Source of the DNA: Ignavibacteria bacterium
GTDB lineage: Bacteria; Bacteroidota; Ignavibacteria; Tepidaquicellales; OLB5
DNA length: 64,000 nt
NCBI GenBank assembly: GCA_030835085.1
Contig: JAUQWQ010000076.1
Span: forward strand, 8,389 to 72,388
Reading direction: 5' to 3'
Positions 48,697 to 55,741 of the stretch are shown here, piece by piece (positions within the stretch are counted from its first letter, which is position 1; each line of letters starts with the position of its first letter). The notes beneath the pieces were generated by a model. The model made no database searches. It saw nothing but the letters and a program-made list of their open reading frames with translations, and was not told the DNA's origin. Position numbers and translations under genes: made by a program.

Positions 48697-49197
48697 TTGG
48701 ATTCCAAAACACTTGCTTTAAAACTCGCAGAACTTGCCTTAACAAAAAAGGCTGATGATATCAAAATACTTGACCTCAGGAAAATTACCACAATTGCTGA
48801 TTTTTTCGTGATTTGCACTGCCCACTCTGAACCGCAGGTTAAAGCTGTTGCAGATGCAATACTTGAAGGCGCTAAGAAAGACGGTGAAACCGTCTGGCAT
48901 AAAGAAGGTACCAACATGAAATCATGGGTACTTCTGGATTTCATTGATGTTGTGGTACATGTATTCCTGAAAGATACGCGCAGTTTCTATTCGCTCGAAA
49001 AGCTGTGGGGTGATGCTGAGATCACAGAAGTAACCGATGAAGCTCCGCAGGGAAAATTAATGGCTAAAACGGCAAAACCCAAAGCTGTAAAAAAGCCGGC
49101 GGTAAAAAAATCTGCTGTTAAAAAGGGAGCCTCGGCAAAAAAAAGTGCGGCTAAAAAACCGGCCGCAAAAAGAAAAACTGCCGTTAAACGCAAGTAA
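48697..49197 (+). CDS. rsfS: ribosome silencing factor RsfS with C-terminal Lys/Ala-rich histone-H1-like tail
   Basis: 166 aa, TTG start. RsfS core (ADDIKILDLRKITTIADFFVICTAHSEPQVKAV ... WVLLDFIDVVVHVF ... YSLEKLWGDA) followed by AKTAKPKAVKKPAVKKSAVKKGASAKKSAAKKPAAKRKTAVKRK. Confidence 0.8.
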   Translation: MDSKTLALKLAELALTKKADDIKILDLRKITTIADFFVICTAHSEPQVKAVADAILEGAKKDGETVWHKEGTNMKSWVLLDFIDVVVHVFLKDTRSFYSLEKLWGDAEITEVTDEAPQGKLMAKTAKPKAVKKPAVKKSAVKKGASAKKSAAKKPAAKRKTAVKRK

Positions 49198-49220
49198 CCT
49201 GATTGAACAAGCTGCCTGCA

Positions 49221-49250
49221 AAAGAGGTTATTTAATAACCTCTTTTTTTG
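49221..49250 (+). terminator. rho-independent terminator
   Basis: agaggtta...taacctct stem followed by T7. Confidence 0.75.
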
Positions 49251-49446
49251 TTTTTCTATACTGATCCATGAAAATTTTACCTGTTTTATGCAGGATTCGT
49301 TCAATTTAATGAGTACTTTTCTGTATTAGCTTGTTATTACTGCGGTTAATCTATATTTTGTGTTATCAATATTATAATAAGTAATATTGGTTTTCAAAAC
49401 CCTATTGAAAGTGATTTAATTTTAAAAAGTAATTTCTATATAATAT

Positions 49447-50097
49447 TTGAAAAGAATCAGACTAATAGTTATCGAAGATAACAGGCTCCTTCGTGACGGC
49501 ATTTGCGCAATGCTGAAGAAAGAGGCTGATTTTAATGTTGTTGCTGCATTTGATGACGCTGATTTTGCCCCGGAAAAGTTAACTGAACTCAAGCCGAATA
49601 TTGTTTTACTTGACCTTAGTTTGACCGAAAAAGACAGTTTAGAACTTGTCAATCTGCTGAGGAAAGAGCACAAGGATGTAAAAGTTATTGTTATGGATCT
49701 TCTTCCGCTGCAGGAAGATATTCTGCAATTTGTTGAAGCCGGGGTTTCAGGGTTTATTATGAAAGATGATACAATTGCGGAATTCCTTAAAACTATCCGC
49801 GCTGTACACGCAGGTGAAAAAATACTGCCTCCAACTGCTACCGGTTCACTTTTTTCGCAGATAATGGAATACGGAGTTAAGGAACTGGGTCCTCAAAAAC
49901 TGATACAGTCAGTTAGAATGACAAACAGGGAGAGAGAAATTGTACAGTTAATTGCAGAAGGATTGGCAAATAAAGAAATAGCGTTCAAACTTAATCTGTC
50001 TATTTACACCGTAAAGAGTCATGTCCATAATATCCTCGATAAAATGGCGCTTAACACGCGGGTACAGATAGCTATCAACGCAAAGTTAGTTGAATAA
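49447..50097 (+). CDS. NarL/FixJ-type response regulator (REC plus LuxR HTH)
   Basis: 216 aa, TTG start. IRLIVIEDNRLL ... VLLDLSL. C-terminal LTNREREIVQLIAEGLANKEIAFKLNLSIYTVKSHVHNILDKM. Confidence 0.85.
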   Translation: MKRIRLIVIEDNRLLRDGICAMLKKEADFNVVAAFDDADFAPEKLTELKPNIVLLDLSLTEKDSLELVNLLRKEHKDVKVIVMDLLPLQEDILQFVEAGVSGFIMKDDTIAEFLKTIRAVHAGEKILPPTATGSLFSQIMEYGVKELGPQKLIQSVRMTNREREIVQLIAEGLANKEIAFKLNLSIYTVKSHVHNILDKMALNTRVQIAINAKLVE

Positions 50098-50138
50098 ATA
50101 TTTTAGTTAAGCATTGATCTGTAAATAAGAGTTTACTT

Positions 50139-50459
50139 TTATATTGATAAAAATACTTTTTTGCCTTTAACACTATAATTCAATTCAGCTAGCATTAATT
50201 CCCTGTTTGAAAGATCCCCAATGATGTTTCTTCTGGGCAGAGGCATTCTGAGCACTAATGTTGGTATTGCCAATACCTGGTTCTCACGTGCAAGCTTTGG
50301 GTTCTTCAGTATGTCAATAACTTCCAGTTTATACATCCCTTTTAAAACCTCATTGCAAATGAATTTCAGATTCTTTAAAGCGGTGATACTTTTTATAGTT
50401 TTTCCCGCAACAAACAGGCTGATAACAGGTCTATTTTTTCGTAATTTCTTAATATTCAT
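50139..50459 (-). CDS. kaiB: KaiB (thioredoxin-like clock protein)
   Basis: 106 aa. ISLFVAGKTIKSITALKNLKFICNEVLKGMYKLEVIDILKNPKLARENQVLAIPTLV. Lies 14 nt downstream of kaiC. Confidence 0.85.
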   Translation of the reverse strand: MNIKKLRKNRPVISLFVAGKTIKSITALKNLKFICNEVLKGMYKLEVIDILKNPKLARENQVLAIPTLVLRMPLPRRNIIGDLSNRELMLAELNYSVKGKKVFLSI

Positions 50460-50473
50460 AAGAATCTATTTCT

Positions 50474-52213
50474 TTATTTTTTGGATTTTTTCATCACGAT
50501 CTTTTTTAATGGTGCATCACCTCTTCTGCTTTTTGCCATCTCCACTTTCACTTTTTTAAAACTCTCATTTCTTGCTTTTTCTATGTTTATGATCTTCAGC
50601 GACTCAGATTCTTCGGCTTCAAATTCTGATCTTAGCACAACTATCTGTGCTTCCATAGCTTCACGTTTTCGCTCCAGGCTGAACTGTTTGCTGCCAATTT
50701 CCTGCTGACGCAATAACTTTTCAGCGTCGTCTTCCATTTCTCTTGATAAACGCGCTGAGCCGGTTAAAACACCATCTACTCCTACATATACATCCACAAG
50801 CTCTATGCCGCTGTTTGTAAGCTTGAACTCACGGATCTGGTTGGAATGTGCCATACCCCTTGATTTGAGTACATAAAGCCCCCTGTTGCGCTCACCGCCT
50901 ATTTCTATATCCCTCAAAAGCAGCCATGTATCAATTAATGATGAAACATAAACATCGCTGTTTTCCAGGTTATCACCCGCGCTGGTTAAACTTGTGAAGA
51001 ATGCAGTGATGTGTTTCATTTTTAGAAAGTCTACAAGCCTGAGCAGCATATTCTTTACTTCTGATTGATTTTCACCTATCATAAACCCGTTTATCGGATC
51101 AAGAATTACTATTGCAGGTTTGAAAGTATTAATGAGTTTTATACTTGTTGTTAAATGAGATTCCAATCCGTAAAGCGTTGGTCTTGTCGCGTGAAATTGC
51201 AGTAACCCTTTTTTCTCCCATTGTTCCAAATGTATCCCAATTGATTTCATATTTCTCATAAGCTGGCTTGATGATTCTTCAAAAGTAAAGTATAGCACTC
51301 GTTCTCCTCTTCTGCATGCCGCTTCAACAAACTGCGCTGCAATGCTGGTTTTTCCGGTACCCGCAGTACCTGATACAAGCACCGTACTTCCCTGAAAATA
51401 ACCCTTCCCTGAAAGCATTGTATCTAGTCTTGGAATTCCGGTGGAGATCCTTTCAAGTGATGAATCATGGTTCAGCCCGAGCGATGTTACCGGCAGCACT
51501 GAAAAACCATCTTCATCTATTAAGAACGGATACTCATTTGTTCCATGAGTTGAACCGCGGTACTTTACAATGCGCAGCCTTCTTATAGAAGATTGGTCAG
51601 TTACTCTGTGATCCAGAAGTATAACGCAGTCAGAAACATACTCTTCAAGTCCGCTGCGGGTAAAGGCCCCGTCACCCTGCTCTGCGGTTATGATCGTTGT
51701 TACACCCTTTTTCTTCAGCCAGCTGAATAAACGTTTAAGTTCCGAACGGAGTATTCTTGAATTCGGCAGCTCAGAAAAAAGTGTTTCCAGTGTATCAAGT
51801 ACTATCCTTTTGGCCCCGATGCTTTCAATGGCATAATGAATTCTTACAAACAGACCCTCAAGGTCAAAATCACCGTTTTGTTTGGTTTCTTCGCGTTTGA
51901 CGTAAATGTTTTCAAGCCATAGTTTTTTCTGAGCTATCAGTTTATTAAGGTCGAATCCTAATGATGAAACATTCTGAATGAGTTCTTTTTCGGTTTCTTC
52001 AAAAGAAATAAAAACACCCGGTTCGTTGAATTCATTAGCTCCGCGAACAAGGAATTCCATTGCGAAAAGTGTTTTTCCGCAGCCTGCACCGCCGCAAATG
52101 AGTGTGGGTCTGCCTTTTGGCAAACCGCCGCCTGTAATTTCATCAAGTCCATGGATACTGGTCGGTGATTTAGGAAGAGGGCTGCGTTTGAAGTAATTCT
52201 TATTTTTTTTCAT
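50474..52213 (-). CDS. kaiC: KaiC (double RecA-like ATPase/autokinase) with long C-terminal extension
   Basis: 579 aa. CI Walker A GGAGCGKT plus FEETE, CII Walker A GTAGTGKT plus FEESS, CII phosphosite-region YVSSLIDTW. The last 70-odd residues are a charged, heptad-like tail. Confidence 0.9.
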   Translation of the reverse strand: MKKNKNYFKRSPLPKSPTSIHGLDEITGGGLPKGRPTLICGGAGCGKTLFAMEFLVRGANEFNEPGVFISFEETEKELIQNVSSLGFDLNKLIAQKKLWLENIYVKREETKQNGDFDLEGLFVRIHYAIESIGAKRIVLDTLETLFSELPNSRILRSELKRLFSWLKKKGVTTIITAEQGDGAFTRSGLEEYVSDCVILLDHRVTDQSSIRRLRIVKYRGSTHGTNEYPFLIDEDGFSVLPVTSLGLNHDSSLERISTGIPRLDTMLSGKGYFQGSTVLVSGTAGTGKTSIAAQFVEAACRRGERVLYFTFEESSSQLMRNMKSIGIHLEQWEKKGLLQFHATRPTLYGLESHLTTSIKLINTFKPAIVILDPINGFMIGENQSEVKNMLLRLVDFLKMKHITAFFTSLTSAGDNLENSDVYVSSLIDTWLLLRDIEIGGERNRGLYVLKSRGMAHSNQIREFKLTNSGIELVDVYVGVDGVLTGSARLSREMEDDAEKLLRQQEIGSKQFSLERKREAMEAQIVVLRSEFEAEESESLKIINIEKARNESFKKVKVEMAKSRRGDAPLKKIVMKKSKK

Positions 52214-52283
52214 GGATGATTATTTTTAATGATCTTTTAGCAAGATCGATATACATTTTGTTCCTGTATATTCTTACCTGAAT

Positions 52284-53165
52284 CTAAATTCTCTTTTTTA
52301 ATTTACTCAATTGAGAAATAACTGAGGAATATAACCTGTCGCCTTCTTCTTTTGTCGGACGGGATTGGACTGTTTCGCTGACAGATTTTTCTGCTATAAG
52401 CTGGCGGATGAAAGCAATTCTTTTATCCATCCATTGAGAGGTAAGTTGTTTTAACTCAAGAACTCCCTGGTCTTTATTGCCTGCAGAGTATTTCAGATTG
52501 CTGCTTTCTTTATCAAGTGATTCCATACTTTTACTGTAGTCACTCTTTGTGTTCAGCGGAGCTGTTCTGGCTGACTGATAGACGCCTTCAAACCTCGAAA
52601 TTGAAGTGCTTAATCTTGATAAATAATCTCTCGATTGTTCTATATCAGCCTGTTTTTGAGGGTCAACCGGCTCTTCCGCCTTGCCGTTTTTTATTATCGT
52701 TTGCTTCTGAATAATTACAGTATCTTTGTTTTTCTTTAAGGAATCTATCTGTGCCAGGAGATTTCCGCCTGAGTTAACATCATTGATTTTTTCAAGCATT
52801 AGCTGTGCATCATGATAGTATTCATCATTAGTAATTACTTTTGAAAGGAACACTATTGCTTCCGGATTTTTGCCTTCATTGTATGAACGTAATCCGTTTA
52901 TGTAATATATTTTAGACTGTGCGTTATTGAAATCCTTATCACCGGGACTTACACGCTGGAACTCATATAATGCCTCAGTATACTTTTTTTCTTTAAGGTA
53001 GTTGGTCCCTTTTTCATAATCAGATTTCCAGAGAAAAGCGTACCACAATACTGCGCCCGTAACGATAAAAAGCAAAAGAAAAGAAATTATGATCAGCGGA
53101 ATTGAACTTTTATTCTTTTTCCTGTCCTGATCATTACTATATGTATTTTGATTATTATTATCCAT
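52284..53165 (-). CDS. hypothetical single-pass membrane protein with TPR-like ectodomain
   Basis: 293 aa. Polar N-terminus, one TM (IPLIIISFLLLFIVTGAVLWYAF), then a helical repeat-like region. Confidence 0.55.
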   Translation of the reverse strand: MDNNNQNTYSNDQDRKKNKSSIPLIIISFLLLFIVTGAVLWYAFLWKSDYEKGTNYLKEKKYTEALYEFQRVSPGDKDFNNAQSKIYYINGLRSYNEGKNPEAIVFLSKVITNDEYYHDAQLMLEKINDVNSGGNLLAQIDSLKKNKDTVIIQKQTIIKNGKAEEPVDPQKQADIEQSRDYLSRLSTSISRFEGVYQSARTAPLNTKSDYSKSMESLDKESSNLKYSAGNKDQGVLELKQLTSQWMDKRIAFIRQLIAEKSVSETVQSRPTKEEGDRLYSSVISQLSKLKKRI

Positions 53166-53194
53166 TTTTTTATTGTTTTACAATTTTACAGGTT

Positions 53195-53773
53195 CTATTT
53201 AACAACATTCGGGTTTGAATGTTTAATTTTACCCCAATACTCTTCATAGTTAAAGCTTTTGAATGTAGGACTATCTGAATTGTGACATGTAACGCAGAAT
53301 TCAGCACCGTTTTCATGTATTACAAGTCCGTTTGCTATCGATTGTTCCTTATCTTTCATTATAGTAAGTCTTTTATATTCCGAGCCCGGTCCATGGCAGG
53401 TTTCGCACTGTACGCCCTGGGTTTTATCAAATGTATCTGCAAGTTCTTCGGGGTCTATATCTTTGCCCAAAATGTGGCATTTCATACAAAGCGGTGTTTC
53501 GGCAGCCGGTGTGGTGAAACCTTTATCTTTTGCAATCTTATCAGCTTCGGGTGTTTGCAGGGTTAAGAATGCCTTTGAGTGTTTTGATTCTTCCCAAATT
53601 TCAAGTTGTTTGCCTTTGGTTTCGCTTTTGTGGCATGTTGATGCGCAGTTATTTACTCCTACATATTTAAAATACGGCGCTGCTTCTTTGTTCTTAATCC
53701 CGGTGTTTCCCGAAAAAATAAATACAAAGATAAGCGCTGCCAGTAATGCAGGTATATAGATTATCTTTTTCAT
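53195..53773 (-). CDS. multihaem c-type cytochrome (3x CxxCH plus 1x CxxxCH)
   Basis: ORF 53195..53800. Preferred start M10 (MKKIIYIPALLAALIF, signal peptide). Haem motifs CASTCH, CMKCH, CETCH, CVTCH. Confidence 0.75.
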   Translation of the reverse strand: MKKIIYIPALLAALIFVFIFSGNTGIKNKEAAPYFKYVGVNNCASTCHKSETKGKQLEIWEESKHSKAFLTLQTPEADKIAKDKGFTTPAAETPLCMKCHILGKDIDPEELADTFDKTQGVQCETCHGPGSEYKRLTIMKDKEQSIANGLVIHENGAEFCVTCHNSDSPTFKSFNYEEYWGKIKHSNPNVVK

Positions 53774-53805
53774 AATAGTAATTATTATAGTTGAGTACAA
53801 AGTTG

Positions 53806-53813
53806 CAAAAGTA
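53806..53813 (-). promoter_or_regulatory. Bacteroidetes-type -7 box (TACTTTTG on minus strand)
   Basis: Plus-strand caaaagta, 33 nt upstream of the cytochrome start. No comparable box was seen in the 29-nt, 70-nt or 14-nt gaps down to kaiB. Confidence 0.45.
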
Positions 53814-53903
53814 TTTTGTAATGTAGAATAGTCCGTAAGGTTGAAATAAGGATTAGTTCCTGTTTCAACCTAAAGCGTAATTGTGGAATGTTTTATTCTG
53901 CCG

Positions 53904-53911
53904 TAGCTTTG
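53904..53911 (+). promoter_or_regulatory. Bacteroidetes-type -7 box (TAGCTTTG)
   Basis: TAnnTTTG match 21 nt upstream of the ATG at 53932. Confidence 0.35.
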
Positions 53912-53931
53912 TATACAATAAAAATAACACA

Positions 53932-54468
53932 ATGAAAAAATTAACAATTTTACTCTGTATGTTACTTGGATTTTTTGCTGCTGATAAAAAAATTATGTCT
54001 TCAGAAGATCCTGCTGTTCCTAAAACAGTTTTTACCAATGCTGATATCCAGTCACTTGCTTCGGTTTACCTGGAAAATAACCTTGGTATTAAAAATCCCG
54101 CAATTGTAGATGTGGATAAAGACGGCGATTTTGATATTCTTGTTTTCAAAGAGGGTAACGTAGAATTTTATAAAAATACAGGCACACTTGAAAAACCGTC
54201 ATTTGTTCCGGAAAATATGAATTACGATAAATACAGCACAACATTGCCAATACATCTTGACCTTCCGTACCCGGTCTTCTTTGCTGATAAAAACGGTGAC
54301 AGCAGTCCCGATATGTTCGTTATACAGGATAAAGTATATGATACACAGCAGCAAAAAACTGAATATAAGGTATTGTATGCTGAAAATGTACTTGGACTCG
54401 ATACAGGTGTTCTTATTACCATAGTGCTTGTACTGCTTATAATTGTTTTGGTTCTTGCAATTTTATAA
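53932..54468 (+). CDS. small secreted FG-GAP/VCBS-like repeat protein with C-terminal TM anchor
   Basis: ORF 53881..54468. Preferred start MKKLTILLCML. VDVDKDGDFDILVF and DKNGDSSPDMFV resemble Ca-binding FG-GAP turns. Hydrophobic tail VLITIVLVLLIIVLVLAIL. Confidence 0.5.
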   Translation: MKKLTILLCMLLGFFAADKKIMSSEDPAVPKTVFTNADIQSLASVYLENNLGIKNPAIVDVDKDGDFDILVFKEGNVEFYKNTGTLEKPSFVPENMNYDKYSTTLPIHLDLPYPVFFADKNGDSSPDMFVIQDKVYDTQQQKTEYKVLYAENVLGLDTGVLITIVLVLLIIVLVLAIL

Positions 54469-54499
54469 TAATGCTTAAAATAACAGAATTGGAGGTAAG

Positions 54500-54682
54500 A
54501 TGTCTTTAATAACAATTTTAATAACATTGGTCGTTGTAGGTTTTCTTCTCTGGCTCATAAATCTTATTCCAATGCAGCCCACCATTAAGAAAATAGTTAA
54601 TGCAGTGGTAATAATATTTGCGGTTGTATGGTTATTTAAGATCTTTGGCTTATGGACCTATTTGGCAAATATTACAGTATAG
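54500..54682 (+). CDS. small two-TM membrane protein (resembles Thivi_2564-type family)
   Basis: 60 aa, RBS ggagg. MSLITILITLVVVGFLLWLINLIPMQPTIKKIVNAVVIIFAVVWLFKIFGLW. Confidence 0.55.
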   Translation: MSLITILITLVVVGFLLWLINLIPMQPTIKKIVNAVVIIFAVVWLFKIFGLWTYLANITV

Positions 54683-54711
54683 AAATTTAATAATTTAAAG
54701 AAAGAAATATT

Positions 54712-55521
54712 TTGAAACATATCAGATCAATCACAATTTTAGCGGGGGTTTTCGTACTAATGCTGGGTACTTTATTTGCACAGCAAAAAGGAACTGGACT
54801 TTCGGACCAGTATGATAATGCTTCATACTTATCACAATCAACGCCCGGAACTATGCTGCCCGGACAAAGTTATGGGGTATCGGTTACCATGAAGAATACC
54901 GGCCGCAGTACATGGAAGCAGGGTGGGTATGCATTGAAGCTTATTAATGTAAATGAATCAACTGTGAAAACATGGTCCGTAAGCAGTGTTGATGTAAATT
55001 CCTCAGTCAGCCCCGGAAATGAAGTAGTATTTAACTTTACTATAATCGCTCCTGTTGACGGAAGTTATAATATTCAGTGGCAGATGGCAAACGGAAATGA
55101 CTTCTTCGGTGAAACCAGTTCAAACATTCCGGTCAGAGTTTCAGGTCCTGATCTTCCGACAGAAGTGCCGAATATCATAGAAAATAATGCAATGTTCATT
55201 TCTCAGAGTGTACCATCAGAAATGGAAACAGGCTTAACATATGATGTAACAGTAATTATGAAAAACACGGGATTAACTACATGGAAACCAGGTGTGAACA
55301 AATTAAAAGTATCCACCACAGGCGCAGATAACACTCTGAATGCATGGGTTGTTGCCAATGTTGAGCTCTCAGGTGAAGTTGCACCGCGTTCGGAAGTTGT
55401 ATTCAGTTTTAAGGTAACTGCTCCAAATAAATCAGGTTTATATAACCTGCAGTCTCAGATAGTTAAAGACGGAATATTTTTCGGTCAGCCAACAACAAAT
55501 GTGGTAATAAATGTGAATTGA
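54712..55521 (+). CDS. secreted protein with two tandem NBR1-like Ig-fold domains
   Basis: 269 aa, TTG start, signal peptide. Two homologous halves (SQSTPGTMLPGQSYGVSVTMKNTGRSTWK... / SQSVPSEMETGLTYDVTVIMKNTGLTTWK...). Confidence 0.55.
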   Translation: MKHIRSITILAGVFVLMLGTLFAQQKGTGLSDQYDNASYLSQSTPGTMLPGQSYGVSVTMKNTGRSTWKQGGYALKLINVNESTVKTWSVSSVDVNSSVSPGNEVVFNFTIIAPVDGSYNIQWQMANGNDFFGETSSNIPVRVSGPDLPTEVPNIIENNAMFISQSVPSEMETGLTYDVTVIMKNTGLTTWKPGVNKLKVSTTGADNTLNAWVVANVELSGEVAPRSEVVFSFKVTAPNKSGLYNLQSQIVKDGIFFGQPTTNVVINVN

Positions 55522-55562
55522 CCAGCCATCCATAGCCCTTTACAAGTGAAGTGATTGATAAA

Positions 55563-55596
55563 AAGTTATCCCCGAAATGGGGGGATAACTTTTTTC
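55563..55596 (+). terminator. rho-independent terminator
   Basis: aagttatcccc-gaaatg-ggggataactt followed by a T-run. Confidence 0.75.
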
Positions 55597-55741
55597 TTCC
55601 CAAACAGATCATGCAGGGAGACTACACCATTAGATGTAGTTCTTTTTTCATCCTTACGTATAATTGAATTAGCGCGGTTCTTGTTGTAGTTTAGTATCAA
55701 TGAATAAACAGAAATGAATCAAATAACAGGAATAACAATCA

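Noticed and set aside
50221-50708. Plus-strand ORFs 50221..50559 and 50481..50708
   Set aside because: They are antisense to kaiB and to the 3' end of kaiC, both of which have unambiguous family signatures.
49198-53881. Search for kaiA, a SasA/CikA-like kinase or another dedicated clock output gene next to kaiCB
   Set aside because: No ORF with KaiA-like or KaiB-fold-kinase features was found in or around the locus. The only signalling gene nearby is a convergent NarL-type regulator, whose link to Kai is unsupported by operon structure.
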